A DNA stretch of 63,921 nt, the filler included, from Collodictyon triciliatum (taxonomy: Eukaryota): assembly GCA_043381765.1 (NCBI GenBank). It is 3 parts of 3 records of this genome, joined end to end, with 100 filler letters (N's around TTAATTAATTAA, not from the genome) between each part and the next. Parts side by side here need not be neighbours in the genome. Positions count along the whole stretch, not along the records: positions 1 to 24,307 come from JBHJMP010001088.1; 2 more parts are not named here. One strand, 5' to 3'. Shown here in pieces: positions 1 to 13,689 of this stretch (the stretch's first letter is position 1; each line of letters opens with the position of its first letter). A model generated the notes under the pieces. It was given only the letters and a program-made list of their open reading frames with translations, was not told the origin of the DNA and searched no databases. The position numbers and the translations under genes are program-made.

Positions 1-156
1 CTCTTTTTTATCTCTCTTTTTATCTCTCTTTTTTCTCTTTTCTCTCCACTTTTTAAAAGAAAAAAGAGCATATGTGCCATGGTGCGCTGTGTTATCTGCC
101 CGCTGCCATACATCCTATTTTTCCTCATCCGCATTTACCCGCCTCTGCACCAACAG

Positions 157-748
157 CTGATTGACGCGGTTGCCGTGCACGAAGAGCGCGAATCGGCCCT
201 CCTGGTACAAGAACACCGGCTGCGCAATGAAATCGAGAATCTCAAGCGAGCAAAGAGGCGCGAGGATGTACCCATGGAGTATTTGAAAAACATCATGATA
301 AAATACCTGCAAACCGACGATATTGAGGTAGATAATCCCATCCCATCCCATCCCATCTCAGAAGAAAACGCACCATATCACCACGCTAAATACGACCAAT
401 TCCCAACCAGGCTCTCCTCCCGGTCCTTTCCACGCTGCTTCAATTCTCGCCGGATGAAATCACCCGCATCCGAAAGTCACGGACAACCCGCTCTGTACGC
501 GTCGCTCCTTTTTTTTCTTTTTCTTTTTCTTTTTCTTTTTCTTTTTCTTTTTCTTTTTCTTTTTCTTTTTCTTTTTCTTTTTCTTTTTCTTTTTCTTTTT
601 CTTTTTCTTTTCCATCCCCACATACGCTTGTGTTTGTGTGCGCGTGTACCTTATGCCGCTCCACAGAACGCAAGGGCACCGAACACCCTCCCCATAACCC
701 ACGCACCACCACTTGCAGGGCGCGTACTTCGGCTGGGCGGCCAAGTGA
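157..748 (+). CDS. 3' end of a GRIP-domain golgin (5' part lies outside the window)
   Basis: Exons 157-327, 410-493 and 719-748 splice at GT-AG sites to give a coiled coil followed by EYLKNIMIKYLQTDDIE-ALLPVLSTLLQFSPDE...GAYFGWAAK*, a GRIP signature. Confidence 0.85.
508..611. repeat. (CTTTTT)n microsatellite in intron
   Basis: Direct reading. Confidence 0.9.
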
Positions 749-1241
749 CCTGTGCAGAACTAGTCCCGACAGGAAATACAGATGGATGCGCCTCCGCCGT
801 CTCGCTTGCAGCGGACTCAGCGGCTGGTGTCTGGCGCTCACGCACGAGTTAAACTCTTTCGTTTTTGTCTCTGCACCCGCGCTTGTGTGTGTCTTGTCTT
901 GTTTCTTTTATTGGGCGTGTGGGCGGCGCAACAAGAGAGGGAGAGTTTTACAGAAGACTGAGCCCGCCGCATCGGCAGCAGCAAAAGGGGCCGAGTCTGC
1001 AGCTGCGTGTGTGTGAGTGTGGGGATGTGTTTGTGCTAGCCGCAAGGAAAACAAAGGGTGGGAAAGGAAGGGGAGGGAACGAAGAAGGAGGAATGATGAT
1101 GATGTGTGTGGAAAATTGCCGGAGACTCGGGACACGCGGACAGGCCAGGGCTGCGGGTGTCGGGCTGCTTGATTAGAAGCCGAGTGTGCGAATAAAGAGA
1201 GAAGCAGGAGAAGCGGGCGGGGAGGCGGGCGTGCGTGCGGC

Positions 1242-3704
1242 TTAGTCGACCTCCTCCATCTTGGACTCGGCAGACTCGTCCTCGAGGGCCGGGACGTCGT
1301 CGTCGGCGGCGGAGGCGGAGGCGGATGCGGCGGCCGAGTCTGCAGATTCCGGGGCGTCGTCCTCGTCGATGCTGAGGCCGAGCTTGATCATGCGGTGGAT
1401 GCGGCCGGCAAAGTTTGCGGGCTCGTCGAGCGAGAAGCCGGAGGTGAGGAGGGCCGTGTCGTAGAGCAGCCAGACGAGGTCCTTGACGGTCTTGTCGTTC
1501 TTGTCGGCCTCGGCCTTCCTGCGCAGCGACGCCACAATGGGGTTGCGCGGGTTGATCACGAGGACGCAGGGCGAGTCCACAATGCGCTGCCCAATCACCA
1601 CCTTCTCCACCTTGTCGCCCAGGATGTCCTTGATCACCTTCGTCAGCCCCTCGAACGACGCCTTCTCCTCCTCCTTGCGCTTCTTCTCCTCCTCGTCCTC
1701 GTCCTCCAGGTCCAGACCCTCCTTCGTCACGCACACGAGCTTCTTGCCGTCAAACTCCTTCAGCTGCTGCACCGCGTACTCGTCGATCGGGTCCACCATG
1801 AACAGCACCTCGATGTCTCGCTTCTTGAACGCCTCCAGGAACGGCGAGTTGGCCACGGCCGCCTTCGACTCTCCCGTGATGTAGTAGATGCTCTTCTGGC
1901 TGGCCTTCATTCCTGTCACGTAGTCCTTCAGGCTTGTCACCTCCTCGCCTGACTTGGTGGACTGGTAGCTGTGCGTGGTAGAGTAGGGTAGGGGTCGTGA
2001 GTTTCCCTCCTCGGCATCCGGGCAGTTATAGAGTGAGGCTGGCAGATAAAGAGGAATGAGGAAGAGGAGGGGTTCGCTTACCGGAGGAACTCAGCGAGCT
2101 TGGCGCGGTTCTGAGAGTCTTCGTGGATACCGAGCTTCAGGTTCTTGGAGAAGTTTTCGTAGAACTTCTTGAAGTCCTCCTTGTTCTCGGCGACCTCGGC
2201 GAAGAGCTCTAGGCACTTCTTGATGATGTTCTTGCGGATGACCTTGAGGATCTTGTTCTGCTGCAGGGTCTCACGCGAGATGTTGAGGGGCAGGTCTTCC
2301 GAGTCAACGATACCCTTGACGAAGCTCAGGTACTCGGGGATCAGCTCCTCGCAGTTGTCCATGATGAAGACGCGGCGGACATACAGCTTGATGTTGTTGG
2401 CCTTCTTGCGGGGCTCGAACATGTCGAAGGGGCTGCGGCGGGGCACAAAGAGGATGGACTTGAACTCCAGCTGGCCTTCCACAGAGAAGTGCTTGACTGC
2501 GAGGTGCTCCTCCCAGTCGTTGGAGATGGCCTTGTAGAAGGCAGCGTACTCCTCCTTGGTCACCTCCTCGGGCTTGCGAGACCACAGGGGCTTCTGCTTG
2601 TTAAGGTGCTCAAACTCGTGGTGGACCTCCTTGATCTTCTTGGTGGACTTCTTCTGTAGAGGTTGAGGGAAAGCAGAGTTTGAGAGGTTTGGCATTGGGT
2701 GACGGGGAGTGCTTCCTATTATGCTACAGTTAACGGTGGGTATGCGAGGGTTGGGCAATGTTGTGCGAGTGCTCTACCTTCTCCTCAGACTCGTCCTCGA
2801 CCTTGGCCTCCTCGTCTTCCTTCTCCTCCTTGGCCTCCTCCTCCTCGACCTCCTTCTCGGTGGTTTTCTCGATCCAAAGGGAAATGGGGTAGTTGATGAA
2901 CTCGGAGTGCTTCTTGACGAGGTCTTTGAGGCGGCGCTCCTCAAGATACTCAAGCTGGTCCTCCTTCAGGTACAGGGTGATCTTTGTTCCGCGCTTCAGG
3001 GGCTCACCCTCGGTGTCGCGGCGGATGGTGAAGGAGCCTCCGGCCTCGGACTCCCAGACGTATCTGGAGGGATAGGAAAGAGTTGCAGTTGAGTAAGGTG
3101 CCGTACCAGAGGCTGTGGGGGACGAATCTGAAATGACCGTGGCTGTTAAAAGCAGAAGGCTGCGGGAATACTTACTGCTCGTCGTCGTTGTGCTTGGTGG
3201 TGACGACGACACGGTTGGCAGCGAGGTATGCTGAGTAGAAACCGACACCAAACTGACCGATCATGGAGACGTCCGCTCCGGCCTGGAGAGCCTCCATGAA
3301 GCCCTTTGTTCCGGACTTGGCGATGGTTCCCAGGCAGTTGACGAGGTCAGCCTTGGTCATGCCAATGCCAGAGTCGACAAGGTGGATGATGTTGTTGGCC
3401 TTGTCGGGGATGATTTGGATGTAGAGCTCGGGGTTGGCCTCAAGCTTGGACGAGTCGGTCAGAGACTCATAGCGGATCTTGTCCAGGGCCTGGTGGTCAG
3501 AGAGTCAGTGGTCAGAATCTGCTGGGGGTGAGGTAGCAGGTAGCTAAGACGGTTGTTAAGAGGGGCTGTGTTTGGACTTACGTCGGAGGCGTTGGAGATG
3601 AGCTCGCGCAGGAAGATCTCCTTGTTGGTGTAGAAGGTGTTGATGATCAAGCTCATCAGCTGGTTGATTTCAGCCTGGAAGGCAAAGGTCTCGACGTCGG
3701 ACAT
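1242..3704 (-). CDS. HSP90: Cytosolic HSP90, 5 coding exons; apparent in-frame loss of ~35 aa in the C-terminal domain
   Basis: Motifs [43 protein letters not shown] and terminal MEEVD. Four GT-AG introns. A probable 5'UTR intron has a CACTAAC branch site and an acceptor at ~3741. Confidence 0.98.
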
Positions 3705-3930
3705 GGCGGGTTTGGGTCTGGTTGCTTGGTCTTGGTTGGTCTGCAGGCAAAGGTGTTTTCGTTAGTGCGCGAATGTTGTGGGTTCTCTAACGTGTCCTCG
3801 CTTTCCACGATGCTCCCTTGAGTGCTTGTGAATGCCCGTGGGCGGTAGAAACGCAGGCGACTGCAGCGAAGGGCGAGGAAGGGCACAAAGGCTTGAGTTA
3901 AATATGAGGTTGTGTGGCCGAAAGCTGGCT

Positions 3931-4066
3931 AGAAGCTTGCAGAATGTTCTGGAGTGCTCTGCTTCGTGTTTGTAGATTGCTTCTCCGAACGCAGATTCAT
4001 TCATGGAGGCTGTGCAGAACATTCGGCTATCTGGGTGTGAGGGAACTTTCTCGAGTTTTCTAGAAA
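3931..4066. promoter_or_regulatory. Heat-shock elements (inverted nGAAn arrays) between HSP90 and DCP2
   Basis: aGAAgcTTGcaGAAtgTTCtgGAGtgCTCt at 3931-3960, aGAAcaTTCg at 4016-4025, and gGAActTTCtcGAGttTTCtaGAAa at 4042-4066, all directly upstream of HSP90. Confidence 0.85.
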
Positions 4067-4326
4067 CAGAATCATGTATCGTACCCCACTCTCAGCACCT
4101 GCTTTACCAAATCTTGAATTTGAACAGAAGTAGATATATTGTGTTTAAATTTATCATATGATTATTAGTTATGTTCTTATAGGGCATATAATGTTTTACA
4201 TCGGGTCAATAAATAATTATCATTATAATTTCCGTTAATAGAAGAAAGCCAGGGTTTGTTTGCCATCGCGATCTGCTTCGGAGACCAAAGCGATGAACGC
4301 AGGTGATCAGAACTCTAAGCGCGAAG

Positions 4327-6167
4327 ATGAACGTCGACCAGGCCTTGGATGATCTGTGCTGGTGAGTTCAAAAGTTTACATGTCGAAATCCTTATGCATT
4401 CTGGGGAAAGAAAATGAATAAGATCGTGTTTGGTGACACCCCAACCGCTCTCCGTAACGGCCACCCGACTACACTCCCAACAGCAGATTCATTGTGAACC
4501 TACCAGAGAAAGAACTGAACAACACAGACCGAATCCTTGTTCATGTATGAAACCCCTACCGGCAAACTTTGCTTGAGAATTTTGGTGTCGTCTTCTTCTT
4601 GTTCTTTTTCTTTTCTTTTCTTTTCTTGACTTGTCCCGGTGCCAAACTCAGTTTGCATCCCCCTTGTGAACACCTCTGGCAATTGCTTCAGTTTTGCACG
4701 CTTTGTTGCGCCTCATCAATCTAAAAACTCCATTCCAAGAGGTCTTGGTCGCCATTTCTATCTCACACAAATACATCTGAATACCCTCCTATGACGCAAG
4801 GCAGAGCAAGCATACTGGTTCTATGATGATTTCTACTATCCAAAAAGGAAGGATCTCCCGAAGCTAGACCAAGAGACATTCAGCAGATTACGTAAATGCT
4901 TCGCTCGTTTATGATACTGAAAGAAATATAGAATAAATGCATCACAATATTCTATATCGCAATTAAGATAAAATATCCAATAACTCTGTTCATAGTGCTT
5001 GCTAGGATACCCATTTTTGAGGATGTGGTAAAGTCCTTCCCCCAAATCTATTCGCATTTCCAAAAGTACAAAATACAGATCCCAGTATACGGAGCGATTA
5101 TTTTGAATGACACACTTGATAAGGTTGCCTCCCGTCGCGACTCTATACATGAAATTATGCATTATTTTCTAATAGCTGTCCTCTTCCAATCTTGAACTCG
5201 TTTCTAGGATGAGTAATTCACTACAGGTTGGCTTTATATTATCTAGATTCTTATGGTGCAGAACTTTTCAATGCGGCTGATGTGGGGGTTCCCAAAGGGA
5301 AAAATGGATGAAGGAGAGAGTGAGATTGAGTGCGCTTGTCGTGAGGTATTTATAAATAATGAAGGATGTAACATACATTTCCGCGCTAATACCTTTCTAT
5401 TTCGGAACTTATGATCCCATTTTAGGTCTATGAAGAGACAAGCCTGGACATTCGAGAATACATTAACGCAGACCAGTACATAATGTATTCTCCTGGAAAA
5501 GGAAAGAAAATCAAACTTTTTATCGCAACTGATGTCCCCGAATCCATAGCCACAGCTCCTCTGACAAGAAAAGAAATACACGTTTGATTTATACTTGGAC
5601 ATCAGAAACTAACTTACCGATGCTTTTTTTTAAATTGACATAAAGAATGATTATATACCTGTCGATCAAATTCAATTTTTTTATTCAAGCCTATTTTCTT
5701 ATCAGGAGGTCAAATGGCACAACATTTCGTATCTGAGGCGATGCCTGGATAGTAGAAACCTGGAGCTCCCTCATTTTAACCGCATATATCCGTAATTTTT
5801 GTAATCAAATTCAAAAATTTCTTCTTAATTCAGCTGTGATATCGATGTAAGTGTGATTCCACGCAACACAATGGTGTTGCTGATAGAGATTATATGACGA
5901 TGACAGGGGACTTCAAAAGTGGATAGAAGAAGAAATCATTCGACGAGAAAACAAGCCCACCCACGCAACACCGACAGTCTCACTGGTGATAACAACCATC
6001 CTTTCGTTCGTGCCTTGCATCTATGTCCATATTCAATTTCCATTAAAACTACGTGCGTCGGGTTGATAAACTTAATCAGGAGCCAGACGAGAGATTTATT
6101 ACCCACCATATGCCGTCTATTCAAGAATGTGGTCCGTGAAATAATCCATTCTTTGGGAAACGAATAG
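4327..6167 (+). CDS. DCP2: mRNA decapping enzyme catalytic subunit Dcp2 (Box A plus Nudix), multi-exon
   Basis: Spliced product MNVDQALDDLCCRFIVNLPEKE...AEQAYWFYDDFY...YKIQIPVYGAIILN...WGFPKGKMDEGESEIECACREVYEET...TRKEIHEVKWH...PGLQKWI. The ORF track misses it because the exons are short. Confidence 0.93.
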
Positions 6168-6380
6168 CAGAAAACATACACATTTTTTTAAAATTATTTT
6201 ATTTCGAGCGTTCTTGCACTGTTTTCTTTATACGCCAGGTTAGTGAATGATTTATCATTGCTTTCACATTCACTTGGAATCAACCACAGAAGTCTCTACC
6301 ACCGCCAAAGAGGAGGAACAGACACCGCCAGAACATCTGCCAGACACACAACCCCAGCCCCAGACACCTATCGCACTGAA

Positions 6381-7162
6381 TCATTTCGATGTTAATTCAG
6401 GCTTCGTATTTTCAAGCTCAGCATTTATGGGCATCTTCGGAAGCGGCAGTTCTTGATTCTGGTGCACAAACATGCAGACATAGCAATAACACAACCTCCT
6501 TTTCAGACTTTGCAAAGAAGAATAATAACAACAACAATAAAGCCTTCAAAAAAACGCCGTACTGAAGTTGGTATCATGCTCACAACTCTGGTGAGCCTAG
6601 TTTGCAACCTATCTTTTCAGCCTCATATCCTCCTTCTACCCTCCGTCGCTTGCGCCTGCCGACCAACCCGCCCATCACGCTTCCGTTATCTTCGATTACT
6701 TGTGGGTGCATGTCGATACTCCTATAACGCTTTTTTTCAGCGAAAGAAATCAAAACATTGATCACCGATTCCTGATCATCACCCAAACTTTGCGCAGCGA
6801 GAAGCGCACGAGTCGTTGGCTTGCACTAATGTGAGTGGCTGCACTCAAGCCATGTCAGGATGGTCGGTTGTTTACGACAAAGCAAAAGAGAGGGTTTCTA
6901 TCCATATTCTTTTTCTCTCTGCTTGAAACTTCATGCGCAGAAATGTGGGGTTTTTTTTCTTCTTTCATAGCTTGCGAAGCGCGCTGGTTTGAGACTCTTT
7001 TTCTTTTTCTTTTTTTACATATATCTTCTTCCCCTTTCCAATCTTCACAAAGACTGTATGACTGTAATTGATAAGCAAAGTCGCAACAGCAGCAAACACT
7101 CGAGCAAGCGTCGTACCTTCAGCCCCTCCTCTTCATCGTCCTCCTCTAATTTTCTTTGCCAT
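6381..7162 (-). CDS. Putative small multi-exon protein of unknown function, head-to-head with BBS2
   Basis: ATG exon MAKKLEEDDEEEGLK|GT, internal exon-like pieces (KLQTRLTRVVSMIPTS) and a terminal exon NQELPLPKMP...TSK*. Middle exon phases are not fully resolved. Confidence 0.35.
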
Positions 7163-7249
7163 CCACGCGTGACTGTAAACAGCTAAGTAACCAGTCATTA
7201 GGCATTAGTTTACACAAGAACAGGAACCAGGAAGCTACAGAACGAATCA

Positions 7250-10200
7250 ATGCTACTGCCAGCTTTTCAGCTCAAACTTAACCACGACATTCTTCTTGGC
7301 CTCGCCACTGTTGGAAAATGTCTCGTTTTTTTAAAATTACTTTCACTATCTGCTATAGAAGAGCGCTTTCTCTCTTTTATTACAATAATATATATATATC
7401 GCTTTAACCAAGCCTATAAACACCATACCAAAAAGAACTGGACTGTTTGCATAAGATGAACACCATATTCAAAACTGTCTGTAATATGGGTTCATTCAAA
7501 GTGCTTTATCACCCACTCATTTGATTTTACATCTTACAGACGACGGAAAACACCCATGTCTTACATGTGGTACAAATGCTGGAAAAGTGAGCCTGTTTTA
7601 TCATTGTATTTATTTGGATGACAGAATGATGTTCTCGAGTTATGTTACCTTATTCTTAAACCCAAAGTGCATTATTATAGGTCTTCATCCACAACCCACA
7701 CGCACGAAAGACAGAGCCAGGGAGTGAAATCCGTTTTCTTAACATCAACCAGAAAATCACATCAATCCGGGCGGGTTCGATTACTCCTGTACATAGACGA
7801 GATGCTTTGTTTGTCGGCTCACATACTAGCATCCTTGCGTAAGTGTTTAATACGTACCGTGAGTGCAAAAACTTCTATTTCCACCACTTGATGTAAACAC
7901 GAGATCAGCGAGCTCAGTAATAAAGTATGCCTTTTTTTCCAATACTCAGATATGATGTCGAAAACAATACGGATATTTTCTACCGCGACGTGGCTGATGG
8001 CGTGAACGCTATTGCCATTGGGCGTGTAAGGGAAGAGGAAATGCCATATGCGGTAGTTGGAGGAAATTGTTCGATTCTGGTACATACATTCATATTTTAT
8101 CGTCATGGCAAAATGATGGATATTGCATGAAGCATACACCACTGTATCGGTCCATTGGAAGAAATCATGACATATATAAACCTTGAATACACATTTCTAT
8201 CGATTCATATGATTATTTTGAATAGGGGTTCAATAGCGAGGGTGATGAGTCATATTGGACAGTCACAGGGGACAATGTTACATCCATGCTTATGTGCGAT
8301 ATCAACGAAGTAAATTTAATCCCTTGACATTAGACTCAATATGAATACACATTTATTTTTGCATGTTAACCTGGCTTGGAAATCATTTCACCGGCGCATT
8401 CTTTCTTATCACCCATTTGTATGAATGAATATTCTAGGATGGACGAACTGAGTTAATGGTTGGATCTGAAGATTGCGATATTAGGGTTTTTCAAGGCGAA
8501 GAAGTTGTTGCTGAGTACACCGAATCTGACAAAGTCATAGGATTGACGCATTTACGTGGGCCTAAATTCGGGTTCTCTTTTCGCAACTATTTTTATTCTA
8601 ATATATTTTGGGCTATTATGGCATGGAACGCCACATTGAAAGTTTAAGCATAATTACGTTTCAAGGTACGCTCTTGGAAACGGCACTGTTGGTGTCTATA
8701 ACAAGACAAAAAGATCATGGAGAAATAAAACGAAGAGCACCGTGAATGCCATCGAGAGGTATTCCTCATTTAAGAATTCATGTTTATTTACACATTGTTA
8801 GGATTGCTATCTTTCGTTTGCTTTTATAATGAACGTAAGTTTGTTAATCTTGTTTCACCTTTTCAAAGCTATGACATTGATGCCGACGGACTACCTGAGC
8901 TCGTTTCAGGATGGGAAAGCGGAAAAGTACAATGTTTAATTTAATTGTCATTCAAAAAAAACTCAAACTAAATTTTCTTTGTTTCAAACTTTAATATTTA
9001 GATTGAGATAAGGTCAGAGACTGGCGGTGAAGTTGTTTTCAAGGACCATTTTGGGTATTCTTTGATTGAAAAAATTACAATAAGAATTAATTTGCTTAAT
9101 CCATGTCATTAATCCAATGAATGCATATTTTCAAATTGAGAAAGTAAACACGCCCATTGACAAACCTTATATGTAATCTCAACTTATATTAGCTCATCAA
9201 TATCGGCCATTGTGAAGGCAGATTACCGTATGGACGGAAAGGAAGAAATTATCTGCTGCTCTCAGGATGGAGAAGGTTAATATTATTTCATGAAAATCAG
9301 TTTTTTTTTTTTTTGAGGGCTAATAGAAAATAGAACCTCCCAAAGGCTTCTTTCTTTCCTTTTATACCAACATATGGTTGCATCCATGTTATCGATACCG
9401 GAACCTTATAGTCCGAGGCTATCTTCCACGCGAAGCTGGACATATTCCAACTACCCGAGCAGGCGAAAAAACCGTCGAAGAAGAAATGTTCCAAGAATTG
9501 GCACAAAAGAAACAGGCAAGTGAATGATTGCAAATTTTATTATGAACCCATTACAACGTGTCTTTCTTTTATTGAAGGAACATACTCATGAAGGATTTGC
9601 TGCGAGAAATCAGCCTCCTCGAAGAGTCACTCTCCGGGGAAGACCCTCGGAAACGAAGTCACTTCAGCCATGTCACAGAATCAGGAGAACAATTTGTTGG
9701 CGTCCAAACGGCAAATATCCTTCCAGCATCTACTAGGTATATTCAGATCAAAACAAGGATGAAATCGAGGATTAAAAGCCTGGCATTCTCTTACACGCTT
9801 CAAAATGTCTTCTTCCTGCAGAATCGTCAGTAGACTTCAGTTCAACCCTTCAAAGAAAACCATCGAATTGTGTTTAATCTCGGAAGAGGCTACTGCTGTA
9901 ATTCATTCTGCCATCCTATTTGCAGAGCAAATGTTTGAGGGTGAAAGCTACTTTATGTAAGAGACCAACAACATTACCTTTTACATTTTACTTCCAATTA
10001 GTAGAGCCGAATTTATTTCACATTTTCTGTGAAAAGTTTATATCCTTCTGATTCTGTCTCTCCCTTCGAAATTCCTCTCACAATGCATAATTCAGTCACC
10101 CAAAAACACCCTCTGGAGAAGTCAGAATCCCAATATCACCGCCAAAGGACGTCACTGTCTCGATTAACATTAAAGCGATTGTAGGGACACCCGTTAGGTA

Positions 10201-11893
10201 CATCATTTATCAATACTTTTATTTGTAAATAAAAGTTAACAAATCAACCCACCTTGCTCTCCCTCCTTGACCACTCTTATATTGCCAGAAAACAGAAATA
10301 TTACATCGAAACAGCTATGAATATAACCAAACATATCTTTTATCCTTTCATAGCACATCATTTGCAGTCTTTGAGTTGACAGAGATCTTACCGCGATTCT
10401 CTCTACTCATACCCACCGAACAACTTTCTGCAGATCCAAAGTCTGTAGTAATTTTTAAACTGAATGAGCGAATTCCAAAGGTGAGAATGACCAAAGAAGA
10501 ACAAAAGAAATCATTACCATCCCTTCCCATTCAAGGACAAAGTTTGAAGAGTAATAGCCAAAACTGTAACACCCATAACACCTCTTACTATGGGATCTAA
10601 TCTGGTATAAACAAATCTGAGCTTTTAGGTCATTGCCTGGCTTAAGCAAAGCTTTTTGTTGGCTCAAAATCCGGACTACAGCGGGGATTTGTTGGTGGCG
10701 TGTTTCATCTCTATCAGAGACAGTAAGCATGTCAAGATGGTTTTCCGCCAGGACTCTACTGAGGTCTTCAATAAGTTACAAATAGCGCATCAAGTGCCTT
10801 AGCAGGGTCATATGTGACGACGCTATGATTAAACATCAATAATAAGCATGCATATACTTTCTCATACTTTCTACGGAAAAGCCTAAAAATTGAGCTTATC
10901 TTTATTCTAGTTTCAGATCCGGACCGACGACATGGAGGTTGCTGCGGATATTATACAGGACTTGTGTGGATATATGAAACTGAGCGAATTGGAATCCACA
11001 GCTGATTTCCCTGTTGAGGTCTCTTATATTTCATTTTTCAAAGGTGATTTTGAGGCGCCTTCGAAAGAATAGGGCACTTTTAAGCCTCTTACAACATGAA
11101 TATACTTTTTTTTTCCAGATGGAGGCTTTCCGGGAGGTATTGTTGAAGGTAGACGAGTACAACAATATACGCCTGAAACTCACTGCAGAAATGGCTGACT
11201 CGTCGCAACTGATCAAAGCTATGGTGATTCGCGCAGAAGATTCGCGAATTCATGGCGATATGTGAGTCAAAAAAAAGAAAATAGACAAGGAAAGAAGTAT
11301 AATATCTAAGAATTATTTTGTTATATTTTATTTTGTTATCAGATACTATCTCTTGACAAGTATCACTTTTACAATGTGTATGTGCGAAGCTTAAAGGTCA
11401 AGAACCTCCCTCCCCCACATTGAAATCCCTAAGGTATTTTAACGATTTCTAAACATGTATAATTCTCTGTCGAATTTGGGACACCCAGAAAGTCGATGCG
11501 AAAATGCTATACGACATTGCTGGACCTTAATCGGGAGTTAATTGGAGAGTACAACAAGCGAGCTGCAAATCACGGAGCTCTATTGAACTGTCTTAAGGAA
11601 GTAAATCAAATGATTCAGAAGGCATCCCGCTTGCGAAGTATGTCATTATTTCGATGCAAAGCATGCCAGTATATATATTCTTTTATAGGCTCTCGCTTTC
11701 AAACTACCAATAGTTTTTTTTTGAAAAAAAAATATCAAAAAAAAAAAAGTTGTGCAATCAATCATTATTCCTCGGGTTTACTCTAGTGGGTGACGCCAAA
11801 TCGCGCGTTGTGAGTTGCTGCAGAGAGGCCATCAAAACAAACAATGTGCAAGCACTGTACCGCATCATCCGCTACGGACATCCTGGGGCATAA
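7250..11893 (+). CDS. BBS2: Bardet-Biedl syndrome 2 protein (BBSome subunit), many exons
   Basis: MLLPAFQLKLNH...[87 protein letters not shown]...IIRYG. Confidence 0.97.
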
Positions 11894-12582
11894 AACCCTT
11901 CGTTCTCTTTTTACAATCCTCATCAACGCGATTTACAATTCTTCTCATCCAGCCTCTCCAAAAGCCTCAAAGCGATAGCATGAGAAGGAGGGAGGAGATA
12001 TATTAGGACAAAACACAGAAAGGAACAAAAAAAAAAAAAAGAAGAAAAATGGATTGTGGTGATTCTCGTACCCGCTCAGAACAGAATGCGGGGCAAGAAA
12101 ATGGATGTGAAAATTTAATACCCACATATGGAAATAGATGAGGTATTGGGGTTTCTCGTTTAGGTTGGGCGTTTTTTTCCCTTTCTGGATTTAGTTGCGC
12201 ATGACTAATCTCTTCCTTCTTTGTTCACAGAGCCCCACCTCATCCTGCCTTAGTCATGAAAACAAGAGTGGACAAAACAAACCAGGAAAAAAAAACAAAA
12301 AACAAAGACAAAAACAAATAAATAAACATGCGAAAACTACAGGGACATAGAACAATCTCACCACGATGAAGTCAAATCGTCCACCTTGCATGTTTTTTTT
12401 TTCTTCTCGTTTGACACCTTTTGCTGCTCTTTCGCCACCGCCGCATTGTTACAAATATGTTTTTGCTTTATTGTCATTTGCGTCAAACTTTTTCGTTATC
12501 TTTTAATGACACGAGGTATTTACTCTTCCTCTTGGATTGCGTAAGCTGTTTGGAGCAAAATCCATTTCGGGAGTTGGGACTG

Positions 12583-13594
12583 ATGAAGGATGCGATCCCG
12601 TCGAATCCCGACGGCTTGCATCGGTATGAACCCATCAAGCAGATCGGAAAAGGCGCCTTTGGTGTGGTTTCTCTTGCTCGAAACAAGGTATATTGGACAG
12701 AAGCTTGACTAGTTGGCTTATTTCCGTGGAGCGGCCGAAGGCTATCCTTCCTTCCTTCCTTTTTTTGTACGAGAATATGCTCACACATCGAACCTCCTCA
12801 CTGCGGTTCTGTTCTAATACGACTATTTGGTTTCCGGGCCTCTTATTTCTTTTTATTTTTTCAAACAATTAGGAAACAAAAGGAATTTGTGTGATAAAAA
12901 GGATTCACATGGAGGAGGGGAACTCGTCAGACTTGCAGTCGATCAAGCAAGAGGTTCCATAGAATTCTCTAAAGCATATCCACTTGTTTGACACACCACC
13001 AAGTCACTCGTTGATACCACCTAGATCGAACTGCTTTCTACCCTTCAACACCCAAACATTGTGGGCTATAAGGAGGTTTTTCTTGATCCGCAAGATAAAA
13101 ACGCAATATGCATCGTGATGGACTATTGTGATGGTGGCGACCTGGACAAACGCATTAAGCATGCTATTCAGCTTAACTACCGATTTGACGAGAAGGTACC
13201 TGCTTTGTCATCCTTTTTTTTTTTTTATTCTTCCTTTCAACTTTTGTGCAGGACCGACCTGCTTTGTCATCCTTATATTTGCTAGGTACAATGCTTACAA
13301 AGTTGGCTTTCACAAGCTGTTTTCTGTATTCGGGATATCTTTATACATATATGTACGCTATGACATTTGACATTCTAAAACGTAGCAAATAATGAGTTGG
13401 TTCACACAACTTTCAATGGCTCTTGATTACCTTCATAGAAGAAAAGTAATTCAGTACGTAAACGCCAAAAATCAACTTTCGACTTTTCTTTTGAAAATAT
13501 TCATAAATTGATTTTGAATTTTGGAAAGCTTTCCCTTGCGTGATAACCTTTTCCCTCAAGAATATGCATACTTGGTTTAATCTAAAATACATCG

Positions 13595-13689
<95 letters not shown>

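Noticed and set aside
1036-3092. Antisense and alternative-frame ORFs over HSP90
   Set aside because: Shadow ORFs caused by strong GC3 codon bias.
5780-5910. ATATCC in DCP2 as a minor-intron donor or micro-exon
   Set aside because: A single GT-AG intron (5792-5906) gives the expected IYPGLQKWI.
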